In this document: positions 30,642 through 45,582 of the stretch, piece after piece
Numbering within the stretch: the first letter of the stretch is position 1
Layout: every line of letters starts with the position of its first letter
Source of the DNA: Eledone cirrhosa
Lineage: Eukaryota
Direction: 5' to 3'
Assembly: GCA_964016885.1 (NCBI GenBank)
Contig: OZ024744.1
Location: 27,528,001-27,592,000, forward strand
DNA: 64,000 nucleotides
Position numbers and translations under genes: made by a program
Notes under the pieces: model-generated
Databases searched by the model: none
Seen by the model: the letters and a program-made list of their open reading frames with translations, nothing else
Told to the model about the DNA's origin: nothing

Positions 30642-30739
30642 ATAATAATGATTTGATAATGATCATGATAGCAGCGGCGGTGGTGGTCGAGGTGTTAGAG
30701 ATGGTAGGGATGAGGGTGATCACCGCTGTTATCTTCATT

Positions 30740-33097
30740 ATCAACACCACCAACATCATCACCACAAGCACCGCCACCAACACCACCACAATCATTACCA
30801 CCGCCACTACCACCACAACCAACTCCACCACCACGACCACCAGCACAATCATTTACGACACCAGCAGCGCCACCACCACAGGCACTACCACAACCATCTA
30901 CAACACCAAAACCACCGCCACCACAACCACCACCAACACCACCCATCACCTCTACACAAAACCATCACCACCGCCACCACAACCAACAACTCCAGGAACA
31001 CCACCAACACCACCACCTCTACCACACCACATACGACACCACCACCACAACCACCACCACCGCCACCACAACCAACAACACCAGCAATACCACCACCACC
31101 TCTACCACACAACATGCGACACCCCCCATCAACCCCCCCCCCCCCAACACTACCCCACCACCACCACCACCGCCATAGCCACCACCACCACCACCACCAA
31201 AACCAACACCACCACCACCATCAACACCACCACCACCACCACAAACACCACCACCACCACCACAAACACCACCACCAACATAACCACCATCACCAGCACC
31301 ATCACGACTACCATCACCACCACCACCAGCACTTCCACCACCACCACCCCTACCACCATCACCACAACTCCCCCCACCACTACCACCATTATCACCACCA
31401 CCACCACCACCACCACCATCACCACCACCACCACCACCACCAACACCACCACCACCAACACCAACACCACCAACACAACCACCACCGCCACCACCACCAC
31501 CACCACCACCAACAACAACAACACCACCACCACCACCACCACCATCACCACCACCAGCACCACCACCATCACCACCAACACTACCAACACCACCACCACC
31601 ACCACCACTACCAACACCAGCACCACCAGCACCAGCACCACTACAACCACCACCACCACTACCACCACCACCACTCCGCACAACACCCCCGCCATCACAC
31701 TCAACCCGTGAACAACCACCACCACCACCACCACCACCACCACGCCCACCACCATCACCACCACCACCACCACCACCAGCACCACCACTACCACCATAAT
31801 CACCACCACCACCACCACTACCAGCATCAGCACCACTACCAGCATCAGCACCACCACCAACAACACCACTACCACCATCACCACCACCAACCCCAAAATT
31901 ACCCCCACCCCCAACTACCAACACCACCACCACCACTACCAGCATCAGCACCACCACCTACAAAACCTCTACCATCATCACCACCACCAACACCAAAACT
32001 ACCCCCCCAACTACCACAACCACCACCGCTACGCCCCTCCCCTAACATCCCCATATCACACACACCCCTATCACACCCCCACCCTATCACCCCCACCCAT
32101 CACCCACGCCCCGCCACCATCAACAACACCACTGCCACCACCGCCACCACCACCACCATCACCACCACCAGCACCAGCACCACCACCATCACCACCGCCA
32201 CCACCACCACCACCACCACCACTATGACCACCACCACCACTACCCCCCCACACATACCACCACCACCGCCACCGCCACCACCATCACCATCACCACCACC
32301 ACCGCCACCATCGCCACCACCAACACCACCACCACCACCATCACCATCACAACAAACACCATCACCACCACCATCGCCGCCGCCACCACCACCACCACCA
32401 CCATCACCATCACAACAAACACCACCACCACCACCAACGTCACTACCGCCACCACCACCACCACCACCACCACCAGCACCACAACAACCAGCTCCACCAC
32501 CACCATCAATACCACCACACACCACCACCATCACATCACCACCACCACCACGACCACCAACACTACTACCACCACCAACCCCACCACCACCACCAGCACC
32601 AACACTACCACCACCACCAACACCACCACCGCCACCACCACCACCACCACCACCACCACCGCCACCCCCACCACCATCACCACCACAACCTCCACCCCAC
32701 CCCCACTCCCACCACCACCCCATCACCACCACCACCACCACCACCACAATCACCACCACTACCACCACCACCACCACCACCAACACTACCACCACCACCA
32801 ATCCCACCAACACTACCACCATCACCAATCCCCCCCCCCCCACCACCACCACCATCACCATCACCACAACCACCCCCATCACATCCCCCACCCCACCCCA
32901 CCCCACCCCCACCACCATCACCACCACCGTCACCAACGCCACCACCACCACCACCACCACCACCTCCCCAACCCCCCACCACCACCACCACACCACCACC
33001 ACCTCCACCACCACCATTACCACCACCACCACCACCAACACAACCACCACCACCTCTACCACCCCCACCACCATCACCAGCACCACCACCTCCACCA
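30740..33097. repeat. ~2.35-kb degenerate (CCA)n tract
   Basis: Direct inspection. Confidence 0.95.
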
Positions 33098-33229
33098 TGA
33101 GAGATTATCTTTATTTTCCTTATAAATATTATTTTACGTACAACCACACACACAGAAATACACACAGATACACATGTGTGTGTGTGTGTGTGTGTGGTTA
33201 TGTATCCGTTTGTGTGTTGAGTGTATATA

Positions 33230-34147
33230 CAGGGTGTTCGGGATAAATTTGACAGAATAATATTTGGTTGTTTTTTCAGATGTTTTAAATTTATTCATGC
33301 CCACTAGGCTTTATTTGAAAGTTTAAACCCTCCTTCATTCATATATGTGATGACAACGAGAATGGATGACTGGGAGCCACCTGAATCATGGAAGAGAATA
33401 ACTTGTATCATGATGATTCGCGCCGGCCATCAAAATAAGGAGATTATGGTCGCTGCTCAATGCTCCCTGAACACTGTAAAAACAATCCGGCATGAACTGA
33501 AGAATTGCAGTGGAGACTACGAGGCTGTGGCTAGAAGAAAGAAACATAACAGAAGATCTGATTGCTCTCGCACAGCAGAATTCATCGAAAATCTGCAGAA
33601 AAAAGTGTTGGAGGACCCTGGCATTGGAATTCAGATGCCGACGTTGAATTGCTAACCACTGTAGTTAAGCCCTGGATAACAAGGGTAGCCAATAATAGGC
33701 CGTATGTATGGCAGCAGGATTCGGCCCCCTGCCACACCTCGTGGAAAAGTCAAAAATGGTTGTCAGCCAATTTTTACGACTACACCAGTCCCAATGTTTG
33801 GCCTCCGAACTCCCCTGATCTTAAACCGATGGACTATTATTATGTATGGGGCGCTGTAGAGAAAGACACCAATTGCCGTGCCAGTACTACAAAAGCCCAG
33901 TTAATCGACAGAATTAAAGTAGTTTTTGAGGGCCTTCCCAGGGAAAGTGTAAAATCAGCTTGCTCCAGGTTCTGGGTCCGGATTGAGGCTGTAATAGACG
34001 CTAATGGCGGTTATTTTGAGTAAAACTCTTTGACAATAGTGTAATTTCCTTGTCCATTGAATTTCTTTTAAATCAAATAAATTTTGTAGATACCAAGCAC
34101 TTTTTCTTTTTCCTGATGAAACTGTCAAATTTATCCCGAACACCCTG
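33230..34147 (+). mobile_element. DD37D (maT-type) Tc1/mariner transposon, internally deleted
   Basis: 26-bp identical TIRs CAGGGTGTTCGGGATAAATTTGACAG with TA flanks. ORF pieces at 33347-33655 and 33562-34023. WQQD-SAPCH...WPPNSPDLKPM-D has 37 residues between the two Asp. Confidence 0.9.
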
Positions 34148-34317
34148 TATATATACATACATATATAAAAAGTATATATATATATGTATATGTATATGTA
34201 TATATATATATTTATAAGTATGTATATATATATATACTTTTATATATATATATACATATATATACATATATATGTTTATGTATATGTATATTTATTTATA
34301 AGTATATATATATATAC

Positions 34318-34368
<51 letters not shown>

Positions 34369-34381
34369 TAAATATGTATAC

Positions 34382-34425
<44 letters not shown>

Positions 34426-34952
34426 TGTTATACTTGGGGAGGGTCATATTTGCGTAATATTGCCAGAATTAATAACAGAACACACTCACTGTTTGGTTGG
34501 TTTTCGCTTCTCGCTGTCTTTTATATCTGCGATCTAACTTACTCGGTCCTCAATGTTGCCATTGACTGACCGACGGTCAAAAATAATACAGATACAATAT
34601 AGACACAAACACATATATATAGTTTACATAATTTACATAAATCTTTCGTTGCACATCTGCAACATCGTCAGTGGTGTTATATTCTTTGTTCCTCCTGTTG
34701 TGTTGTATGTCTACGCCATTTTTTATTCAGTCTGTCTATATATTTATTTATTTATTTGCTTGTTTGTTTATCTTATTTTATTTTGTCTTCTTTGCGCATG
34801 CGTTTGCGTGTGTGTATAGTGTTATGTGTGCTGTGTGACTAGTGTGTATAGTGTTGTGTCTGCTGGGTGACTAGTGTGTGTTTATGTGCTTGTTGTTATT
34901 GTGCTTGTGTATGTATTTATTTATCTTATCTTATTTTATTTTATTTACTTAT

Positions 34953-36968
34953 TTATACTTCTCTTAGGTCAGTGTTGTTTGTTTGGGTGTTGTTGTTGTT
35001 CCACTCATTCTTTCTGTTTAGCTTTGGTCTTCTAATTTCTATTTCACTGGCCTCTCTGATTTGCCTATCTGCTGGGTCATTCCTATGTTTAGATATTATT
35101 CTAATTTCTATGTTGTCTATGTTACCGTCATGTTGTTGTCTAGCATGTTCGTATAGTACTGACCCGTTTTTTCGTCCTTTTAGTTCCCCCCAGTGTTGGT
35201 CTATCCTTTCACCTATGCTACGAGCTGTCTCACCTATGTATGTTGTTGTCATGTTTCTGCAAGTACCCTCTGTACATCTTATGCTATAGACTACGTTTCT
35301 AGTTTTACAGTTTATTCGGGGGTTCACCTTACATATGATACATTTCCTATTGGTACAGTGGGTTTTCTTAAAAGGGTAGGTTTTGCTGATCAGGGATTTT
35401 ATGGTGGTTCCTGGCTTTTCTACCACCTTTATTTTTAAGTGGGTCTTTCTCAGGGCCTTTCTACACTGGTTAGCTAATTTCCCTCCATGGGTGGCGTCCA
35501 CAAACATGACACTCTGATATCTCTGGTTGTCGTACCATGATGTGGCCTTCCCTATCTTATGTCTAGCCCTATCTAAACTATTCCATGATTTGCTCCTGTA
35601 TAGTGGGCAAATTCCTTTCATGTCCAGTTCTATGAGGGTCTTATACTTTTCCATGGCTCCTTCGTATACTCTGACTCTGTCTCTTTGGTTGTAGCCAGAG
35701 AACTGCATGCGGTTGATGAAGTGTTGGATGTGTCTTTCCATTTCTGTTGGATCGCACATGCTGGACACATTCTTCATCACTCGTACCAAATCTGCGATCA
35801 GAATATTAAACTTAGCACTACTAGACATTGCTGAGTTTTTGAGTATCAGGTATTTGGAGGCCATGGGTTTAGCATACTGTGAGTGGAGAATTTGGGCTCT
35901 CTCGTCTATAGTGTTAATCCAGAGTTCTGTGTCTAATACAGGTAGTCTATTGTTAGGGTGTTTGGAAGGGAAGTCGATAGTTACAGTTATACTCTGGTGT
36001 ATGGAATTAGCTATCTGCTGGATGCTTTCCATCGTGCTACGTTCTAAATCAAACTTGTTAGTGCTCTCTAGTGGGGGTGTTCTTATAACTATATTGATAT
36101 CGTCTACATAACGAGAGTACATGATGAGGTCTATGGAGCTTTCATTAAGGAGATCTTTAAGTCTCCTTTCCCACCATACCATGAAAAGGTTGGCAACATC
36201 ACCAGCTATGCTGACGCCGATGGCTGCTCCCTCATTTTGGGTGTAGATTTTCTCATTAAACTTAAATATGTGGCCCTTTAGGGTAGTTTTGATACTAGCC
36301 CCTATTGCATGTGCGACCATTTTTCTTACCGGATCAGTGTTTTGGGGGGTCCGTATAGCTTTGGTCCACCCAATCCACCTTCCTATGGGAGTCTTTTTAG
36401 CCATTGAGGTTATGGTGGGGCGTCTACCTCTTATAGGTCTACTAGGGCAGAAACATCTAAGGTCATGGCTGTCTAGGTAGTCAGTGTCGTAGGTAAGTCT
36501 AAGTAGGAGGCCCAGTTCGTCTGTGTCGACGTCGCAGAACTCCACCTCACTCTCAATGATCATCTCCACACATCTTTTCACAGCAAAATCAATGTTAATG
36601 GATGGGTACAGTGACACCACATCCATGCTGCCTATTATGCAGTTGGATAGGCTCCTGTTTTTGTTGCACTCACTGATTCTGCTGAGGAGGTCCTCTGTAC
36701 TTTCACATACATCTGGAGACATCTTCATTATGGGGCGTATAACCATTGAGAGGAAGTAGGAGATCCTGTAGTTGCTAGCTATATTAGCTCCGCATACGGG
36801 TCTTGTTGGTGGTCCTGTTGTCGGGCCGTCGACTGTCTTGTGGTCTTTTCGGAGCCCATACAAGGGTGGTATGCCATTGTTAGACGCCTGGAAGTTGTTG
36901 GTAGTGCGTCTGCTTGGCTTTAGGATGTCAGTCCACATCATCATGTGAGCGTTGAGAATTTTTCCTCT
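34953..36968 (-). CDS. PLE RT + GIY-YIG ORF, 5'-truncated but uninterrupted
   Basis: LYGLRKDHK, RPVC, SMDVVSLYPSI, GAAIG, YSRYVDD, LPVLD, Cys-rich linker, NVVYSIRC..TYIGET.R...R..QH, and a CCHH-like HARQQH. Confidence 0.9.
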   Translation of the reverse strand, partial: RGKILNAHMMMWTDILKPSRRTTNNFQASNNGIPPLYGLRKDHKTVDGPTTGPPTRPVCGANIASNYRISYFLSMVIRPIMKMSPDVCESTEDLLSRISECNKNRSLSNCIIGSMDVVSLYPSINIDFAVKRCVEMIIESEVEFCDVDTDELGLLLRLTYDTDYLDSHDLRCFCPSRPIRGRRPTITSMAKKTPIGRWIGWTKAIRTPQNTDPVRKMVAHAIGASIKTTLKGHIFKFNEKIYTQNEGAAIGVSIAGDVANLFMVWWERRLKDLLNESSIDLIMYSRYVDDINIVIRTPPLESTNKFDLERSTMESIQQIANSIHQSITVTIDFPSKHPNNRLPVLDTELWINTIDERAQILHSQYAKPMASKYLILKNSAMSSSAKFNILIADLVRVMKNVSSMCDPTEMERHIQHFINRMQFSGYNQRDRVRVYEGAMEKYKTLIELDMKGICPLYRSKSWNSLDRARHKIGKATSWYDNQRYQSVMFVDATHGGKLANQCRKALRKTHLKIKVVEKPGTTIKSLISKTYPFKKTHCTNRKCIICKVNPRINCKTRNVVYSIRCTEGTCRNMTTTYIGETARSIGERIDQHWGELKGRKNGSVLYEHARQQHDGNIDNIEIRIISKHRNDPADRQIREASEIEIRRPKLNRKNEWNNNNTQTNNTDLREV

Positions 36969-38531
36969 CTGGGCCTCCTACTTAGACTTACCTACGACTC
37001 TGACTACCTAGACAGCCATGACCTTAGATGTTTCTGCCCTAGTAGACCTATAAGAGGTAGACGCCCCACCATAACCTCAATGGCTAAAAAGACTCCCATA
37101 GGAAGGTGGATTGGGTGGACCAAAGCTATACGGACCCCCCAAAACACTGATCAGGTAAGAAAAATGGTCGCACATGCAATAGGGGCTAGTATCAAAACTA
37201 CCCTAAAGGGCCACATATTTAAGTTCAATGAGAAAATCTACACCCAAAATGAGGGAGCAGCCATCGGCGTCAGCATAGCTGGTGATGTTGCCAACCTTTT
37301 CATGGTATGGTGGGAAAGGAGACTTAAAGATCTCCTTAATGAAAGCTCCATAGACCTCATCATGTACTCTCGTTATGTAGACGATATCAATATAGTTATA
37401 AGAACACCCCCACTAGAGAGCACTAACAAGTTTGATTTAGAACGTAGCACGATGGAAAGCATCCAGCAGATAGCTAATTCCATACACCAGAGTATAACTG
37501 TAACTATCGACTTCCCTTCCAAACACCCTAACAATAGACTACCTGTATTAGACACAGAACTCTGGATTAACACTATAGACGAGAGAGCCCAAATTCTCCA
37601 CTCACACTATGCTAAACCCATGGCCTCCAAATACCTGATACTCAAAAACTCAGCAATGTCTAGTAGTGCTAAGTTTAATATTCTGATCGCAGATTTGGTA
37701 CGAGTGATGAAGAATGTGTCCAGCATGTGCGACCCAACAGAAATGGAAAGACACATCCAACACTTCATCAACCGCATGCAGTTCTCTGGCTACAACCAAA
37801 GAGACAGAGTCAGAGTATACGAAGGAGCCATGGAAAAGTATAAGACCCTCATAGAACTGGACATGAAAGGAATTTGCCCACTATACAGGAGCAAATCATG
37901 GAATAGCTTAGATAGGGCTAGACATAAGATAGGGAAGGCCACATCATGGTACGACAACCAGAGATATCAGAGTGTCATGTTTGTGGACGCCACCCATGGA
38001 GGGAAATTAGCTAACCAGTGTAGAAAGGCCCTGAGAAAGACCCACTTAAAAATAAAGGTGGTAGAAAAGCCAGGAACCACCATAAAATCCCTGATCAGCA
38101 AAACCTACCCTTTTAAGAAAACCCACTGTACCAATAGGAAATGTATCATATGTAAGGTGAACCCCCGAATAAACTGTAAAACTAGAAACGTAGTCTATAG
38201 CATAAGATGTACAGAGGGTACTTGCAGAAACATGACAACAACATACATAGGTGAGACAGCTCGTAGCATAGGTGAAAGGATAGACCAACACTGGGGGGAA
38301 CTAAAAGGACGAAAAAACGGGTCAGTACTATACGAACATGCTAGACAACAACATGACGGTAACATAGACAACATAGAAATTAGAATAATATCTAAACATA
38401 GGAATGACCCAGCAGATAGGCAAATCAGAGAGGCCAGTGAAATAGAAATTAGAAGACCAAAGCTAAACAGAAAGAATGAGTGGAACAACAACAACACCCA
38501 AACAAACAACACTGACCTAAGAGAAGTATAA
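36969..38531 (+). CDS. Second, shorter 5'-truncated copy of the same PLE ORF
   Basis: Three amino-acid differences seen against the minus copy over ~520 aa. Confidence 0.9.
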   Translation: MGLLLRLTYDSDYLDSHDLRCFCPSRPIRGRRPTITSMAKKTPIGRWIGWTKAIRTPQNTDQVRKMVAHAIGASIKTTLKGHIFKFNEKIYTQNEGAAIGVSIAGDVANLFMVWWERRLKDLLNESSIDLIMYSRYVDDINIVIRTPPLESTNKFDLERSTMESIQQIANSIHQSITVTIDFPSKHPNNRLPVLDTELWINTIDERAQILHSHYAKPMASKYLILKNSAMSSSAKFNILIADLVRVMKNVSSMCDPTEMERHIQHFINRMQFSGYNQRDRVRVYEGAMEKYKTLIELDMKGICPLYRSKSWNSLDRARHKIGKATSWYDNQRYQSVMFVDATHGGKLANQCRKALRKTHLKIKVVEKPGTTIKSLISKTYPFKKTHCTNRKCIICKVNPRINCKTRNVVYSIRCTEGTCRNMTTTYIGETARSIGERIDQHWGELKGRKNGSVLYEHARQQHDGNIDNIEIRIISKHRNDPADRQIREASEIEIRRPKLNRKNEWNNNNTQTNNTDLREV

Positions 38532-38810
38532 ATAAGTAAATAAAATAAAATAAGATAAGATAAATAAATACATACACAAGCACAATAACAACAAGCACAT
38601 AAACACACACTAGTCACCCAGCAGACACAACACTATACACACTAGTCACACAGCACACATAACACTATACACACACGCAAACGCATGCGCAAAGAAGACA
38701 AAATAAAATAAGATAAACAAACAAGCAAATAAATAAATAAATATATAGACAGACTGAATAAAAAATGGCGTAGACATACAACACAACAGGAGGAACAAAG
38801 AATATAACAC

Positions 38811-38848
38811 CACTGACGATGTTGCAGATGTGCAACGAAAGATTTATG
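38811..38848 (+). ncRNA. Hammerhead-like motif in the PLE 3' region (mirror at 34636-34673)
   Basis: CTGACGA-T-GTTGC agatgt GCAAC-GAAA-GATT-TA. Stem I is weak. Confidence 0.5.
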
Positions 38849-39175
38849 TAAATTATGTAAACTATATATATGTGTTTGTGTCTATATTGTATCTGTATTA
38901 TTTTTGACCGTCGGTCAGTCAATGGCAACATTGAGGACCGAGTAAGTTAGATCGCAGATATAAAAGACAGCGAGAAGCGAAAACCAACCAAACAGTGAGT
39001 GTGTTCTGTTATTAATTCTGGCAATATTACGCAAATATGACCCTCCCCAAGTATAACAATATCTGTTTCGACACACGATTTCATATAAAAAACCTCGCTA
39101 AACTAATATATTTATATATATATATATATATATATAAATATATATGTATATATATATATATATCTATATATATAT

Positions 39176-39273
<98 letters not shown>

Positions 39274-39447
39274 GTGTGTGTGTGTGTGTGAATCACATTA
39301 AGTGCGTAAACGCCTCAGATGAGTGACAGTCGAGTTCAGTGGAAATCCAACTTGGCGTTCTTGGAGGTTATTTCTGTAACTACTTAAAATATAATAAATA
39401 AATTGATAATTATATATTAAAGACGCTACCGATCGCAGCTGATATCG

Positions 39448-39690
39448 CCATCACCATCACCATCATCACCATCACCACCATCACCATCACCATCATCATC
39501 ACCATCACCACCATCATCATCACCATTATCATCATCATCACCATCATCATCACCATCAACATCATGGTCATCGCCATCATCATCATCACCATCATCACCA
39601 TCACCATCACCATCACCATTATCACCATCATCACCATCATCATCATCATCATCACCATCACCATCACCATCACCATCATCATCATCATCA
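39448..39690. repeat. (CAT/CAC)n tract
   Basis: Direct inspection. Confidence 0.9.
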
Positions 39691-39918
39691 CTATTCACAG
39701 CAAAATGATTAGACGTTCCATTCTGTTCGCTTCACTGCTTTAATAGTATCTTAAGAGAGATAGATATAGATAAGAGAGAGGAGAGGCATAGAGAAAGAGA
39801 TAGGGACAGAGAGGGGGAGCTAACAAGAGAGAGAGAAATGAATACTGTCTGATGAACTCAAGATGTATGTATTCAGTCACTTCTGGACATATATATATAT
39901 TCATATATATGTATATAT

Positions 39919-40115
<197 letters not shown>

Positions 40116-40715
40116 CACACACATATATATATGTGTGTGCGTGTATATATATATATATATATACACGCACACACACATATATATGTGTGTGTGTGTGTAT
40201 ATATATATATGTGTGTGTGCGTGTAATAGTGTGTAAATGTTGCTTTTGTGGTCGTTTCTAATATATATTTTGAAGGAGGGGGGAGGGGTTATCATCCGAT
40301 TTAGATGTTTATTACTTTTTACTGCTTATTTATTATCTTTATTATGAGAAATCATTTTTTTGTTTATATATTTATTTGTGTTCATTTCCTCTTCTATGTT
40401 GTCTTTGATTATCTCGTATGATTTACATAAACACACACACACACACATACACACACATACGTATATATATATGTATGTAAGTATATATATATATGGCCAT
40501 ACTCGATAACGAGGGGGCAGCCATCAAATATATATATACACATATATATATATATATATAAGCAAGGTGTATGGTAGGTCGTATGTGAATCGCGATGATC
40601 ACGTCTGACCTACCAAATATGTGACGGTAGCTAGTTAAGCTCTATGCGTGTAAGCAGAACAGAAATATTAGTGGAAAAGAACAAAGGAACTATTATGACA
40701 TTATAACAAGTTTAT

Positions 40716-40762
40716 TGCCGACAGCCGTTTCGTCCGACCATATGGTGGGACTTCTCAAGGCA
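40716..40762 (-). ncRNA. Minimal type I hammerhead ribozyme with U3:A8 core variant, in a probable PLE-terminus remnant (~40560-40930)
   Basis: TGCC-TTGAGAA-GTCC cACCAtaTGGTc GGAC-GAAA-C GGCT G-TC^GGCA. All three stems pair; GUC cleavage triplet. Confidence 0.75.
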
Positions 40763-40937
40763 TATAACATGTGATTGTAAGATCATTATTTACATCAACG
40801 TATCACTCAAGACTAGCAGTTTGAAATTGTGGTATACATCAGCAGCTCCGCTTGTATAGTTGGGGGTCTATATTCTAAGGGGGCTCTTTTATATTAGTTG
40901 TCGGGGTCAGGGATTGAAGGTTAAAAATATACATATT

Positions 40938-40983
<46 letters not shown>

Positions 40984-41859
40984 TTTTAATATAGATGAGA
41001 TTCCACAGGACTAGAACTGTTTCATTCTTTAGAAATCATCAGGAATCTGGGTATCAAAAAATAAAAATGGTATTTATAGGTCTCTACAAGTGGTAGGAGA
41101 GGGTGGGGAGTGGGATGGGTGTAGGTCATTGGTTGATAGAAAAGGGAATTCATTAAAAGCTAATTCTACAAAGCTATAGTTTATTTTTATTTCTAAAAAT
41201 TAAATAAGCCAACCACCTCCGAAACCAATCCCCGGACTGGGGCTCTATGTAATTGCCTAAATAAGGAAGCATGCCCACTTGAAAACAAATGCCTCACAAA
41301 TGATATCGTATACAAATGCGATGTCATCTCAGGCACCGAGGATTGCAAAAAAACTTACATCGGCATGACCTCCAACAACTTTAAGACCCGTTGGTATGCC
41401 CATACCCACTCCTTCAGAAGACCGGATAAATCAAATCAGACAACACTCGCCTCCTACGTTTGGGACCTCAAAAGGAACTCCACCCCCTTCACGCTTAAAT
41501 GGAAAATACTCCAGAAAGCGCGCTCTTACAACGGAGGACACAAGGGCTGCGACCTTTGTATTTCAGAGAGCTACGAAATTTTATTCGCCAAGGGCCCGCT
41601 ACTGAACAAACTCTCTGAACACTGCCCGAACTGCATGCACAAGAACTTTGCAACTTTCAAATACTTTAAGCCAGTGTTAAAGCCCGATGGCTAAAAACGA
41701 CCTCCCCCTTTTTGGCCCCTATACCTCCTCCTCACCCTACCCCCACCCCTCCTCAACCTGAAATACGGCCACTATGGTTATGTGAGTACCTCTTTCGTAT
41801 CAACATTTTCTGCCTGTAGAGGTGTTTTTATGTGCCTGCGTATATGCGTATATTTATTG

Positions 41860-44260
<2,401 letters not shown>

Positions 44261-44716
44261 TGTGAATGTGTCTGTTGATTTTTGGCATATAGTTGATTAG
44301 TTTAAAAGAAGTTCGAAGATAATTGTAAGATATGCACTCAGTATATTGAATCTGTCTACAGAATTCTCTAGACCTTTGTCACTTGGTAGAACCTTAATGA
44401 TTTTAGCTTTTAAAGAATCTCCCTTTTCTTTAATTCTATCGACCATGACTGACCCCCCACTGATCTTATAGACATCTGTTAGCTTAAGAGAAACTTAATG
44501 ACAAGGAATGGTATGCCATCCGGAACCTGTTTATAGAATTCTGTCTGCCCTTGTTACTCTAAAAACATAAATAAATAAAAATAAACTATAGCTTTCTAGA
44601 ATTAGCTTTTAATGAATTCCCTTTTCTATCAACCAATGACCTACACCCATCCCACTCCCCACCCTCTCCTACCACTTGTAGAGACCTATAAATACCATTT
44701 TTATTTTTTGATACCC

Positions 44717-44767
44717 AGATTCCTGATGATTTCTAAAGAATGAAACAGTTCTAGTCCTGTAGAATCT
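44717..44767 (+). ncRNA. Type I hammerhead motif (the mirror at 40998-41048 has non-cleavable GUG)
   Basis: AGATTC-CTGATGA-tTTCtaaaGAAt-GAAA-CAG ttctagtc CTG-TA^GAATCT. Confidence 0.6.
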
Positions 44768-44895
44768 CATCTATATTAAAACCTTTATACTCTGCTATGT
44801 ATTGAGTACCTTACTTACTGTGGTTACCTCCGATTCAACCTGACATAACTATAAAACTTATTCTTTGTGGCACTCGTTGAATCTTGTTTAACTCT

Positions 44896-45001
<106 letters not shown>

Positions 45002-45386
45002 AGAGAGAGCGAGGGAGAGAGAACGAAAAATTTGTTGAAGTAAATTCCTTTGTTCTGTCGTCAAAAGCCATTAACTTGCAGACCCCTGCAAGTGGAATTT
45101 GTCGATGTTGGATTTACAGAAACCTAGCGGAGATGTTTGTTATATTATTGTATGCATTTGATGTCTACGTTCGGTCCAGGTCAGTCAAAAATCTTTCCTG
45201 AGTTCAGTTGTTTTCGTCGCTATGGCAATGCGGCCCGACTATCGGTCGCTGTATTTGATTCGTAAAGCTGTCTAAACGTAATTTTATAACTCTGGGGTAA
45301 TATACTCCATTGAGTGCTTAGCTGCACACCGAATCTGCATTCGTTAACTTGGTTGCTGCCAGAAGCTTCGCTGATGCTGTACTAAA

Positions 45387-45510
<124 letters not shown>

Positions 45511-45582
45511 TTATATATAATATCTACGGAAATAAAGATAACACTTATAAGAGAATGCAGATGTACCGAAAAATATTGGGTT

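Larger units (their letters stand above)
34425..39062. mobile_element. Two head-to-head 5'-truncated copies of a young Neptune/Naiad-like PLE forming a 4.6-kb palindrome
   Basis: 34425-36515 is the reverse complement of 36969-39062. The unpaired spacer 36516-36968 continues the minus-copy ORF. Confidence 0.92.

Noticed and set aside
30458-33246. Long Thr/His/Pro-rich, mucin- or extensin-like ORFs
   Set aside because: (CCA)n lacks stops in every frame and the reading frame drifts; one ORF also runs through a SINE.
34953-38531. Selenoprotein-type (UGA-recoding) PLE, as reported for some Naiads
   Set aside because: Both ORFs are open with no in-frame TGA, and I recognised no SECIS.
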